Below are positions 1 to 9,372 of a DNA stretch of 64,000 nt, piece after piece. The notes below the pieces were generated by a model. That model made no database searches. It saw only the letters and a program-made list of their open reading frames with translations, and was not told the DNA's origin. The stretch's first letter is position 1, and every line of letters starts with the position of its first letter. The stretch comes from Patescibacteria group bacterium (GTDB taxonomy: Bacteria; Patescibacteriota; Minisyncoccia; Phycocordibacterales; JBHPGB01). A program made the translations under genes and the position numbers. Where the stretch lies: assembly GCA_042571085.1 (NCBI GenBank), contig JBHPGB010000003.1, positions 6,261-70,260 on the forward strand, written 5' to 3'.

Positions 1-1260
1 GAGTTTATTGGAAAAGATGGTGTCGAAAAATATTATAATGACATTCTTTCTGGAGAAAGAGGGCTTAAAATAATAGAAGTTGATGTGATGGGAGATGTTC
101 AATCAGAGAGCTCCATAGTTCCTAAAATAGACGGTGCAGATATAACCCTTTCTATTGATGCTCGTGTGCAGAACAAATTATATGAGGAAATGGAAGCGCT
201 TTCTTCTGATGTTGGCTTCTCTGGTGGTGCAGGAATTATTATAGACGTAGAGAACGGTGAGATATTAGCAATGACCAGTTTCCCAGAATATAATTCATCA
301 ATACTTTCCGATGGTAGTGATACAAAAGTAATTTCTTCATACGTAACAAATAAAAACACACCATTTTTAAATAGGGTTGTTTCAGGGCTTTACACTCCTG
401 GATCAACAGTAAAACCTTTTTTAGCCTTGGGTGCACTTCACGAAGAAATTATCAGCCCTACAAAGAGTATATTTTCATCTGGAGAAATCTCAATACAAAA
501 CCCATATTTCCCTGATAAAAAATCTGTGTTTAAAGACTGGAAAGCGCATGGTTGGGTTGATGTGTATAAGGCTATAGCAATGTCTTCCAATGTCTATTTT
601 TATGCGATTGGAGGTGGATATGAAGATCAGGAGGGTCTTGGTATAAAAAAGATAGAAGTATACACGCGCATGTTTGGGTTGGGAGAATCTACTGGTGTGG
701 ATTTGCCGGGGGAGGTTGATGGTGTTATTCCAAATCCTGATTGGAAAGAAGATAATTTTGAGGATGGAGAGTGGCGTGTCGGTGACACGTATCACACAGC
801 AATAGGGCAATATGGATTTCAAATAACACCGATTCAGCTTGCGCGTGCGATTGCTGTTTTGGCAAATGGAGGAAAAGAAATTAATCCACATGTGCTTATT
901 GGAATAAATGATACACAAACCCGTGGGGAAAATATTATTTCTGGTATAGTAAAAATAGATGAGGATAATTTCGACATAATAAAAAAAGGAATGCGACAGG
1001 CTGTCACAGAAGGATCAGCCAAGGGTCTTAATTTGTCATATGTGAAAGTTGCAGCAAAAACAGGTACAGCAGAGCTTGGTGTTTCTAAATCCCTCGTTAA
1101 CTCATGGATTACAGGATTCTTTCCATATGAGAACCCTAGGTACGCTTTTGCAGTTGTAATGGAAAAGGGTCCACGAGATAATCTTATCGGAGCATTGTAT
1201 GTGATGCGTCAGTTACTTGATTGGATGAGTGTGGAGACGCCAGAATATTTTGAAAAATAA
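1..1260 (+). CDS. mrdA: Penicillin-binding protein 2-like peptidoglycan D,D-transpeptidase, C-terminal part (5' end lies outside window; frame open from nt 1)
   Basis: ORF 85..1260 continues in-frame back to nt 1 (EFIGKDGVEKYYNDILSGERG...); SSN (MSSNVYFY) and KTGT (AAKTGTAE) transpeptidase motifs. Confidence 0.75.
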   Translation, partial: EFIGKDGVEKYYNDILSGERGLKIIEVDVMGDVQSESSIVPKIDGADITLSIDARVQNKLYEEMEALSSDVGFSGGAGIIIDVENGEILAMTSFPEYNSSILSDGSDTKVISSYVTNKNTPFLNRVVSGLYTPGSTVKPFLALGALHEEIISPTKSIFSSGEISIQNPYFPDKKSVFKDWKAHGWVDVYKAIAMSSNVYFYAIGGGYEDQEGLGIKKIEVYTRMFGLGESTGVDLPGEVDGVIPNPDWKEDNFEDGEWRVGDTYHTAIGQYGFQITPIQLARAIAVLANGGKEINPHVLIGINDTQTRGENIISGIVKIDEDNFDIIKKGMRQAVTEGSAKGLNLSYVKVAAKTGTAELGVSKSLVNSWITGFFPYENPRYAFAVVMEKGPRDNLIGALYVMRQLLDWMSVETPEYFEK

Positions 1261-1406
1261 GGAGTGGTTATAGCAGAATTGACTATAATCTTCATTAAAG
1301 TCAAGCATTGTTTTTAAGCATAAGACACGATATAATGCACAGAATATATAGAGTATATCAGTCATATATCAATTCGCGCAGAACGGTATTAACGTAATAA
1401 AAAATC

Positions 1407-1874
1407 ATGGATAATCAAAAAACATATCTAAGTAAAGAAAAATATAAAGAGCTTTCAAACGAGCTCGATTTTTTGACTACTACAAGACGAAAGGAGATTG
1501 CCGAAAAACTTGAGTACGCAAAATCTCTTGGTGACCTTTCAGAAAATGCTGAGTATCAAGAAGCGCGTGACGATCAAGCTGCTACAGAAAAAAGAATTGC
1601 TGAATTAGAGCTTCTTTTGAAAAATGTTGAAGTTGTGAAAAAACACCACAGCGATGAAGTTGAGATTGGTTCTGCGCTTGTTGTGCAAAGAGTAGGGGAA
1701 AAACAAAAGAGAGATTTCCAAATTGTTGGTTCTGAAGAAGCAGATATGGCTACAGGAAAAATTTCAAACGTTTCTCCACTAGGGAAAGCTTTAATGGGTG
1801 GGAAAAAAGGAGATACCGTATCTTTTGAAAGCCCTGCAGGAGAAGTGAAATATAAAATCGTTAGTATTGAATAA
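1407..1874 (+). CDS. greA: Transcription elongation factor GreA
   Basis: 155 aa; N-terminal coiled coil plus C-terminal FKBP-like region; LGDLSENAEYQEARDDQA signature. Confidence 0.9.
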   Translation: MDNQKTYLSKEKYKELSNELDFLTTTRRKEIAEKLEYAKSLGDLSENAEYQEARDDQAATEKRIAELELLLKNVEVVKKHHSDEVEIGSALVVQRVGEKQKRDFQIVGSEEADMATGKISNVSPLGKALMGGKKGDTVSFESPAGEVKYKIVSIE

Positions 1875-1901
1875 AAATTTAAGTAGTGGCGTGGCGAACA
1901 A

Positions 1902-1947
1902 ACCCGCCAAACTTTTTATGAAAAAATTCATAAAAACTTAGGCGGGT
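1902..1947 (+). terminator. Hairpin after greA: ACCCGCCAAAC-[ttttatgaa aaaa ttcataaaa]-AACTTAGGCGGGT; same conserved arms recur at 12294..12339 with a different core
   Basis: Inverted repeat read directly from the sequence; downstream of the greA stop. Confidence 0.6.
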
Positions 1948-1985
1948 GATGGTTTTAATAGTCGCTCCGCTCCTTTAAAATCATT

Positions 1986-3449
1986 ATGGCATCTATAGAA
2001 GAATTACGCTCTGAGCGTGTAAAAAAATTAGAAAAAATAAAAGAAGCCGGAATGAATCCATACCCGGCTCGTTCATCGCGCACAAATACAATCGATGATG
2101 TTTTGTCGCAATTTAAAGACTTAGAAAAAAGTGGCGAAGAAATTACAATTGCCGGACGTGTTATGGTAGCGCGTGGTCAGGGAGCGATTCGCTTTATTGA
2201 TTTACGTGACGGTACTGGCAAACTGCAAGCTGTTTTGAAAGCAGATGTATTGGATGAAAAATTATTTGAATTATTCGGTGCTGTAATTGATGCCGGGGAC
2301 TTTATTGAGGTGTCAGGAACACTTTTTGTGACTCAAAAAGGACAAGAGAGTATTGAAGTACGTGATTGGAAGATGCTTTCAAAATCCTTATTGCCGCTTC
2401 CAGACAAATGGCACGGGCTTGTTGATGAAGATTCACGACTTAGAAAAAGATATTTAGACATTCTTTTAAATAATGAGTTACAAGATGTGCTGAAAAAACG
2501 TGCGAAGTTTTGGGATGCCACACGTTCGTTTATGAATGAAAAAGGATTTCTTGAAGTTGAAACACCAACACTTGAAACGACAACAGGTGGAGCAGAAGCA
2601 CGCCCTTTCATAACACACCATAATGATATGGACATGGATGTGTTTTTACGTATTTCAGTCGGGGAATTATGGCAAAAGCGCTTGATGGCAGCTGGAATGG
2701 AAAAAACCTTTGAGATTGGAAGAGTATATCGAAACGAAGGCACAAGCCCAAATCACGTACAAGAATTTACAAACATGGAATTTTACTGGGCCTATGCTGA
2801 TTACAAAGATGGAATGAAATTGGCTCAAGAATTATATCAACACATAGCACAAGAAGTATTCGGGACAACAAAGTTTAAAAGTGGTGAACATGAATTCGAT
2901 CTGTCTGGAGAGTGGGGAACAGTTGATTATTATGGCGAGGTTGAGAGACAAACTGGTGTTGATTTAAAATCTGCTTCCGACGATGATATCAAGAAAAAGT
3001 TAGATGAGCTAAAAGTGAAATATGAGGGTGATAATCGGGAGCGTCTTATGGATACACTTTGGAAATATTGCAGAAAGAATATTTCTGGTCCAGTATTTTT
3101 GATAAATCATCCAAAATTAGTTTCACCTTTAGCAAAAGAAGTTGAAGACAATGGAGAATTTACTCAGCGCTTCCAGCCAATTATTGCTGGCGTTGAAATC
3201 GGTAATGGTTATTCTGAGCTTAATGATCCGCTTGAACAGCGCGCTCGGTTTGAAACTCAACAAGAGCTTCTAAAAGGCGGAGACGAAGAAGCAATGATGC
3301 CAGACTGGGAATTCGTAGAAATGCTTGAGCACGGAATGCCACCCACATGTGGATTTGGATTCGGAGAACGTCTATTTGCTGTTTTGCTTGATAAGCCAGT
3401 ACGAGAGACTCAAACGTTTCCATTAGTTAGAGTAAAGGAAGACGCTTAA
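1986..3449 (+). CDS. lysS: Lysyl-tRNA synthetase (class II)
   Basis: 487 aa; N-terminal anticodon-binding OB fold plus class II core; typical LysS N-terminus MASIEELRSERVKKLEKIKEAGMNPYP. Confidence 0.9.
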   Translation: MASIEELRSERVKKLEKIKEAGMNPYPARSSRTNTIDDVLSQFKDLEKSGEEITIAGRVMVARGQGAIRFIDLRDGTGKLQAVLKADVLDEKLFELFGAVIDAGDFIEVSGTLFVTQKGQESIEVRDWKMLSKSLLPLPDKWHGLVDEDSRLRKRYLDILLNNELQDVLKKRAKFWDATRSFMNEKGFLEVETPTLETTTGGAEARPFITHHNDMDMDVFLRISVGELWQKRLMAAGMEKTFEIGRVYRNEGTSPNHVQEFTNMEFYWAYADYKDGMKLAQELYQHIAQEVFGTTKFKSGEHEFDLSGEWGTVDYYGEVERQTGVDLKSASDDDIKKKLDELKVKYEGDNRERLMDTLWKYCRKNISGPVFLINHPKLVSPLAKEVEDNGEFTQRFQPIIAGVEIGNGYSELNDPLEQRARFETQQELLKGGDEEAMMPDWEFVEMLEHGMPPTCGFGFGERLFAVLLDKPVRETQTFPLVRVKEDA

Positions 3450-3472
3450 TTAATCAAAATTTAAAAGAATAA

Positions 3473-3510
3473 ACCGGTGCAGCTCACTTAGTGAGCTGCA
3501 CCGGTTTTAT
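3473..3510. terminator. Bidirectional intrinsic terminator (ACCGGTGCAGCTCAC ttag GTGAGCTGCACCGGT + T-run) shared by lysS and the convergent small ORF
   Basis: 15-bp perfect stem followed by TTTTAT. Confidence 0.8.
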
Positions 3511-3512
3511 AC

Positions 3513-3743
3513 TTAATCAATCATATTTGGTGAATACTTATCATTGGCACACACATCTTCAGTATGATGTTGTGTGTTTGGGATTTCTATTCCGCCACCA
3601 TTAAAAAAAATTGGATTCGTTGGAATAGGCGGCGGTGTATTTGTAGGCGCTGAGGTTCGCCCAACCGTTTGTGTTGGGTCAATTAGTTTTCCACTAAAAG
3701 AATCAGCACAATTACCATTAGTATCAATTTGCACAATGGTCAT
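3513..3743 (-). CDS. Hypothetical small Pro-rich protein (76 aa)
   Basis: ORF has a GGGAG 9 nt upstream of the ATG and ends at the shared terminator. No recognisable domain. Sits in an unusually long 470-bp gap. Confidence 0.3.
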   Translation of the reverse strand: MTIVQIDTNGNCADSFSGKLIDPTQTVGRTSAPTNTPPPIPTNPIFFNGGGIEIPNTQHHTEDVCANDKYSPNMID

Positions 3744-3883
3744 AAGTTTTACTCCCAGTTGTTTTAAAATGATGTTCCGATTAGTCTTTCTAAATTTTAG
3801 ATTAACATCCTATCGCTAATTTGTCAATTTTAATCGGCCCAATACCTATTGAGTTGTTTTTTCCGTTAAAAATAAAGATGGAG

Positions 3884-3960
3884 GTGTGTGGATAAGTGTT
3901 TTGGTGAAGTGGGATGAAGTGGTGTATAATATGTAGCAAGTGGGGTAGAGTGGGATAAGG
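3884..3960 (+). promoter_or_regulatory. dcw-cluster promoter (TTGGTG-18-TATAAT) flanked by GTGG(G) direct repeats phased every 10-11 bp. Candidate MraZ operator
   Basis: GTGG repeats at about 3888, 3909, 3919, 3940 and 3950. TATAAT at 3925..3930. Immediately upstream of mraZ. Confidence 0.5.
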
Positions 3961-3982
3961 ATTTTGTTTACCCAAGCCCGGC

Positions 3983-4435
3983 TTGATAAACAAAATTCTT
4001 ATGCTCATAGGTGAATACATACATACACTAGATCCTAAAAAGCGACTTTCAATGCCGTCTAAATTCCGTAAGGAAATAGGTAAGAAGGTTGTGGTTACAC
4101 GTGGTTTGGATAAGTGTTTGTTTGTATACACTATTGCAGAATGGAAGAGGGTTGCAGAAAAAATTGCAGAGATGTCCATCGGGCAGGCCGATAGCAGGGG
4201 ATTCAATAGGTTTCTTTTGTCGGGTGCGGTTGAAACGGATGTAGATGCTGGTGGTAGAATTTTAATTCCCGATTTTTTAAAAGATTTTGCAGGACTGAAA
4301 AGTAAAGTGATCGTTGCTGGTGTGCACAACAGAATTGAAATATGGGACGAAAAAGCATGGACGCAGTATAAGGGGCAGGTTGAAAAGCAGGCTGACGCAC
4401 TGGCAGAAAAGCTTGGGGAAATTGGGGCATTATAA
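3983..4435 (+). CDS. mraZ: Transcriptional regulator MraZ
   Basis: 150 aa; two MraZ/SpoVT-AbrB-like halves (DPKKRLSMPSKFR ... GGRILIPDFLKDFAG); first gene of the dcw cluster. Confidence 0.85.
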   Translation: MINKILMLIGEYIHTLDPKKRLSMPSKFRKEIGKKVVVTRGLDKCLFVYTIAEWKRVAEKIAEMSIGQADSRGFNRFLLSGAVETDVDAGGRILIPDFLKDFAGLKSKVIVAGVHNRIEIWDEKAWTQYKGQVEKQADALAEKLGEIGAL

Positions 4436-4440
4436 AGATT

Positions 4441-5331
4441 ATGCATAAATCAGTATTACTAAACGAAACGATAGAATTTCTTGATATACAGCCTAACGAT
4501 ATTGTGTTGGACGGTACGCTCGGAGGCGGTGGACATAGCAAAGAAATATGTGCTCGATTAAGTGGCGAAGGAATGCTTATAGGACTTGATCAAGACATTA
4601 AAGCGGTTGCACGAGTGGAGCATGTTTTAGAAGGCACTCAATGTAAGAGAAAGTTGGTACAGGGTAATTTCAGAAATTTAAGTGAAGTACTTGATATTTT
4701 GGAGGTTAAGCAGGTAGATAAGGTATTGTTTGATCTTGGGTTTAGTTCATTTCAAATTGAAGCGTCGGGTAGGGGTTTTTCTTTTCAAAAAAATGAGCCG
4801 CTACTGATGACATATTCTGACACAGTGGAAAAAGATCAGTTGACTGCGTATGAATTAGTAAACACGTGGGATGAAGAAAACATAGCTGATGTGATTTATG
4901 GATTTGGAGATGAACGCTACTCACGAAGAATTGCTCGCGGAATTGTTGAAGCCAGAACAGAAAAGCCAATTAAAAGCACATTTGAGTTGGTGGAGATAAT
5001 TAAAGAAGCTGTTCCTGGTCGCTATAGAAATGGAAAAATACATCCTGCGACTAAAACATTCCAAGCTATACGAATTGCAGTGAACGATGAATTCGGAGCT
5101 TTGGAACAGGGTATCGAAAGCGCAATTGAGCGACTTGCTCAAGGAGGAAGACTTGCGATTATTACATTCCACAGCACAGAAGACAGAATCGTAAAAAGAG
5201 CATTTAGGGACAAAAAAGAAGAAGGGCTTGTAACGATACTTACAAAAAAACCAATCGCCGTCTCACGAGAGGAGATAGAAGATAATCCAAGAGCTAGAAG
5301 TGCGAAATTAAGAGTTATACAAAAAAATTAA
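4441..5331 (+). CDS. rsmH: 16S rRNA (cytosine1402-N4)-methyltransferase RsmH
   Basis: 296 aa; SAM motif DGTLGGGGHS; conserved position after mraZ. Confidence 0.9.
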   Translation: MHKSVLLNETIEFLDIQPNDIVLDGTLGGGGHSKEICARLSGEGMLIGLDQDIKAVARVEHVLEGTQCKRKLVQGNFRNLSEVLDILEVKQVDKVLFDLGFSSFQIEASGRGFSFQKNEPLLMTYSDTVEKDQLTAYELVNTWDEENIADVIYGFGDERYSRRIARGIVEARTEKPIKSTFELVEIIKEAVPGRYRNGKIHPATKTFQAIRIAVNDEFGALEQGIESAIERLAQGGRLAIITFHSTEDRIVKRAFRDKKEEGLVTILTKKPIAVSREEIEDNPRARSAKLRVIQKN

Positions 5332-5335
5332 AAAT

Positions 5336-5665
5336 ATGAAAGCAAAATCAAAAGCATTACAATTAAATATTCACTACACAAAAGTAATTTTTGCTGTCTT
5401 GGGTGCGGCATTGTTTTTGCTACTATTTTTGTATTCATATTTTATAAACGCATCTGTATTAAATATTGTTGAAAGAAAAGAAATTGAGAAAAAATTGGTT
5501 GAAACAAATTCCTATGTTTCAGCTCTTGAATCTGAGTATTTTAAGCAAATAGGTGGTGTAAATCTTGACTTAGCTTTCTCTCTTGGATTTGAAGAGGTAT
5601 CAAATTCTAACTTCGCATATCGCAAATCTTCAGATGCTAGAACTGTTACTTTGAATAGAAATTAA
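5336..5665 (+). CDS. ftsL: Cell division protein FtsL-like (small bitopic membrane protein)
   Basis: 109 aa; single TM then coiled coil; lies between rsmH and ftsI. Confidence 0.5.
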   Translation: MKAKSKALQLNIHYTKVIFAVLGAALFLLLFLYSYFINASVLNIVERKEIEKKLVETNSYVSALESEYFKQIGGVNLDLAFSLGFEEVSNSNFAYRKSSDARTVTLNRN

Positions 5666-5711
5666 TTTTTAATTTCTTAGAGAAAAGTAGTACATACTGT
5701 ATAATTACACC

Positions 5712-7424
5712 ATGAAAGTAGAATCTATACCGCGCATTCGTTTTGTATTTATTATCTTGTTATTTTTTGCGCTTGTCCTCATTGGCAGGCTTTTTTTCAT
5801 ACAGGTTGTGAATGGTGAAGAGTATCGTGATAAAGCAGATGGGCAGTATATAACACCAGCATCAAACGTTTTTGACAGGGGAAGCATATTTTTTTCAAGG
5901 CGCGATAAAATGCCTTTTTCTGCAGCAGGACTCGATTTTGGTTACATAATCGCAATAAATCCTCAGAAAATAAAAGATGCTGAAAATATGTATGAGCAAA
6001 TTTCATCAACCATACAAATAGACAAAGAAGATTTTATTGCGAAGGCAAATAAAGCAAATGACCCGTATGAAGAAATAGTACTCAGGGTACCTGAAAAAGA
6101 TGCTCTTGAAATATCTAATTTGGATTTAGAAGGACTCAGTATTCACAAACACAAATGGCGCTTTTATCCTGCTGGTAGAACAGCCGCACATACACTAGGC
6201 TTTGTGGCGTATAAAGACAATGATCTCATTGGTCGTTATGGATTAGAGCATTACTATGAAGATGTGCTGTCGCGAGCTGAGAACGATTTGTACGTTAATT
6301 TTTTTGCAGAAATATTTTCTAATATAACCGATTCAATACTTGTGTCAGACAATTCACGTGAAGGGGATATTGTTCTTTCCATTGAGCTTGATGTGCAAAC
6401 TGAATTGGAAAATGTACTTAGTGGTATAGAAGACAAATGGTATACATCTGCGACAGGTGGAATAATCATGGACCCACGTGATGGTAGTATTTACGCAATG
6501 GCAGCAACTCCGAATTTTGATCCAAATAATTTTTCTGAAGAGAACGATTCAGCAGTATTTTCAAATCCGCTGGTAGAAAGTGTGTTTGAGATGGGTTCAA
6601 TCGTGAAGCCTCTCACAATGGCAGCCGCGCTTGATTCTGGAGCAGTGACCGCAAAAACAACTTATAATGATAAGGGTTATGTCGTGCTAGATACTGCACG
6701 CATTGAGAATTTTGATGGTAAAGCACGAGGAGTTGTTTCTATGCAAGAGGTGTTAAATCAATCTCTTAACACAGGAATGGTGTTTGTGATGCAGGAAATG
6801 GGCAAAGATGTTTTTAGAGATTATATGTTATCATATGGCATTGGCGATGAGACAGGCGTTGATTTACCAGGAGAAATACATGGTCTTGTGGACAACCTAA
6901 ACAGCACCCGTGATATTGAATATGCCACTGCTGCCTTTGGTCAAGGAATAGCCATGACACCAATTAGTATAACTCGCTCTTTGGCCACATTGGCAAATGG
7001 TGGGCATTTGGTCACACCATATCTTGTGAAGCGTATTAATTACGAAACAGGTCTTGATAAAAAAATATATCCAGATGAAGGCGAGCGTATAATTAGCGGG
7101 AGCGCGTCAGAAGAAATCACACGCATGCTTGTGGAAGTTGTGGATGAAGCTTTGTTGAATGGTGATGTAGCTTTACCACGATACAGTATTGCTGCAAAAA
7201 CAGGTACTGCACAAATTGCAGATATGGAAAATGGTGGCTATTATGAAGATAGGTACCTACACTCATTTTTTGGATACTTCCCAGCATATGACCCGCAATT
7301 TATAATCTTTCTGTATGATGTTAATCCCAAAGGAGCTCGCTATGCTTCCCAAACATTGACTCATCCGTTTATGGATTTAACAAAGTTTTTGATCAATCAT
7401 TACGAGATAGAGCCAGATCGGTAA
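5712..7424 (+). CDS. ftsI: Peptidoglycan D,D-transpeptidase FtsI (PBP3-like)
   Basis: 570 aa; N-terminal TM, PBP dimerisation domain and transpeptidase domain with KTGTAQ; dcw context. Confidence 0.8.
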   Translation: MKVESIPRIRFVFIILLFFALVLIGRLFFIQVVNGEEYRDKADGQYITPASNVFDRGSIFFSRRDKMPFSAAGLDFGYIIAINPQKIKDAENMYEQISSTIQIDKEDFIAKANKANDPYEEIVLRVPEKDALEISNLDLEGLSIHKHKWRFYPAGRTAAHTLGFVAYKDNDLIGRYGLEHYYEDVLSRAENDLYVNFFAEIFSNITDSILVSDNSREGDIVLSIELDVQTELENVLSGIEDKWYTSATGGIIMDPRDGSIYAMAATPNFDPNNFSEENDSAVFSNPLVESVFEMGSIVKPLTMAAALDSGAVTAKTTYNDKGYVVLDTARIENFDGKARGVVSMQEVLNQSLNTGMVFVMQEMGKDVFRDYMLSYGIGDETGVDLPGEIHGLVDNLNSTRDIEYATAAFGQGIAMTPISITRSLATLANGGHLVTPYLVKRINYETGLDKKIYPDEGERIISGSASEEITRMLVEVVDEALLNGDVALPRYSIAAKTGTAQIADMENGGYYEDRYLHSFFGYFPAYDPQFIIFLYDVNPKGARYASQTLTHPFMDLTKFLINHYEIEPDR

Positions 7425-7438
7425 TAGTAATTTTTTAT

Positions 7439-8731
7439 ATGAAATCATTTATAAAAAAAATAATATTTTTCATTTTAACTCTTGAAGCAAGACTTGTTTT
7501 GCGTAAGTATAAGCCGCGTATTATTGCAGTGACCGGAAATGTCGGAAAGACAAGTACCAAAGATGCAATCTACAGCATTTTGAAAAATACACATTACGTA
7601 CGTAAAAGCGAAAAAAGTTTCAATAGTGAGATTGGTGTACCTCTAACGATTCTAGGGTGTGATAGTGGATGGAACAATCCTTTTGTATGGATTTCCAATA
7701 TATTTGAGGGATTAGCACTTATACTTTTAAAAAATCATTACCCAAAGATATTGGTTCTTGAAATTGGTGCGGATAGGCCTGGTGATATTGAGTCTGTAAC
7801 AAGATGGTTAAAGCCAGACATTGCTGTGATAACAAAAATTGGAGACACGCCTGTGCATGTTGAATACTTTTCTTCTGCTTCAGAGCTTGTGAAAGAAAAA
7901 GCCTATCTCGCGACGGCTTTAGGTAGCGATGGCATGCTTATTTTAAATGCAGATGATAAAAACACTCTTTCAATAAAACAAAAGAGCAAAGCACGTACAA
8001 TGACATTTGGCCTAGGAAAGATTGGAGACATTCGCGCTTCAAATGAAAAAATTATTTACAATAAAAAAGGCAAACCAAAAGCAATTAATTTCAAAGTTAA
8101 TTACGGTTCTAATAGTTTACCAGTGGAGCTTAATGGAACTGTTGGTTTTCATTACATATATTCAGTATTAGCTGCGATGGCTGTTGGAATTACTGAAGGT
8201 GTTAATTTAATATCTGCAGCACAGTGGATTGCTGGCTTCAGTGCAACACCAGGGCGCCTTAAAATAATTGAAGGAATTTCCGATTCTACTATTTTGGATG
8301 ATACGTATAATGCAGCTCCAGCAGCCGTGAATGCGGCTATAGACGCCCTCTCTGAGGTAAAAACGGAGGGAAGGAAGATTGCTGTGCTTGGAGACATGAT
8401 GGAGCTAGGAAAGCAGTCTGTAGAAGAACACAGAAAAATAGGGGAGAAGGTGGCTGAGACTTGTGATTTTCTTGTAACGGTAGGCACTCGCTCCGCTGAT
8501 ATTTGGAAAGCCGCGAATAAGAAGAAGATGTATAAGAAAGATATGTTACATTTTGCTTCTTCAGAAGAGGCTGGGGAAAAACTAAAAAAGATTCTGAAAG
8601 AAGGTGATATTGTGTTGGTGAAAGGGTCACAGTCAGCGCGTATGGAGCGCGTGGTGGAGCGTATAATGGCTCATCCTGAAGACAAACAAAAACTCTTGGT
8701 ACGACAAGAGAGCGAGTGGCTTAAGCGATAA
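7439..8731 (+). CDS. murF: UDP-N-acetylmuramoyl-tripeptide--D-alanyl-D-alanine ligase MurF
   Basis: 430 aa; Mur ligase P-loop VTGNVGKTSTKD; MurF-type DDTYNAAPAAVNAAIDAL motif. Confidence 0.75.
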   Translation: MKSFIKKIIFFILTLEARLVLRKYKPRIIAVTGNVGKTSTKDAIYSILKNTHYVRKSEKSFNSEIGVPLTILGCDSGWNNPFVWISNIFEGLALILLKNHYPKILVLEIGADRPGDIESVTRWLKPDIAVITKIGDTPVHVEYFSSASELVKEKAYLATALGSDGMLILNADDKNTLSIKQKSKARTMTFGLGKIGDIRASNEKIIYNKKGKPKAINFKVNYGSNSLPVELNGTVGFHYIYSVLAAMAVGITEGVNLISAAQWIAGFSATPGRLKIIEGISDSTILDDTYNAAPAAVNAAIDALSEVKTEGRKIAVLGDMMELGKQSVEEHRKIGEKVAETCDFLVTVGTRSADIWKAANKKKMYKKDMLHFASSEEAGEKLKKILKEGDIVLVKGSQSARMERVVERIMAHPEDKQKLLVRQESEWLKR

Positions 8732-8740
8732 GGTGGAGTT

Positions 8741-9367
8741 TTAACCCCTGTTTTTTAGAGCATTCTCAAGAGTACTTGCATCTGAGTATTCTAATTCGGT
8801 GCCAGTAGATAGACCACGCCCGAGCGCGCTGATCTTCACACCATATTTCTCCGCAAGCGGAGCCAGGATTTTTTTCACATATTGCGCAGTATTTTCTCCT
8901 TCTGGAGTTGCGCTCGTTGCTAAGATAACTTCTTTCAATCCATTTTTTGAATATTCTTGTGCGCGGTCAAAGAGCTCTCTTGCGCGTATTTTTTTTGCCG
9001 GATTTTGCTCAAGTATTGGTAATGAGCCACCAAGTATAAAATAAAGTCCTTTGTATGCACCTGTCTTGTTAACATTTTCAAGATCAACATCTTTTTCAAC
9101 CACCATCAACACACTTTTATCTGTTTGCGGATTTGCACATATTGCACATAAATTATTTTCTTTCGCACTGCTTACGCTCTTTGTAAAAAAGCGATAACAA
9201 TTCGCGCACTGAGAAATATCTTTTTTTACATCTGCAATTAATTTAGATAAGTCATCAATGAATACTGGATTTTGTGACAACAAAAAATAGACAAAGCGTT
9301 TTGCTTGTCGTGAGCCAATACCCGGAAAAGACTTAAAGATTTCAGTTAATTTATCTATTGAGTTCAT
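8741..9367 (-). CDS. recR: Recombination protein RecR
   Basis: 208 aa; HhH N-terminus (FPGIGSRQAKR), C4 zinc finger CANCYRF..C..C, and Toprim. Confidence 0.9.
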   Translation of the reverse strand: MNSIDKLTEIFKSFPGIGSRQAKRFVYFLLSQNPVFIDDLSKLIADVKKDISQCANCYRFFTKSVSSAKENNLCAICANPQTDKSVLMVVEKDVDLENVNKTGAYKGLYFILGGSLPILEQNPAKKIRARELFDRAQEYSKNGLKEVILATSATPEGENTAQYVKKILAPLAEKYGVKISALGRGLSTGTELEYSDASTLENALKNRG

Positions 9368-9372
9368 AAAGA

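Noticed and set aside
3574-3819. 81-aa plus-strand ORF in the lysS-mraZ gap
   Set aside because: It overlaps the opposite-strand 76-aa ORF, has no start context, and runs through the promoter/operator region. Probably spurious.
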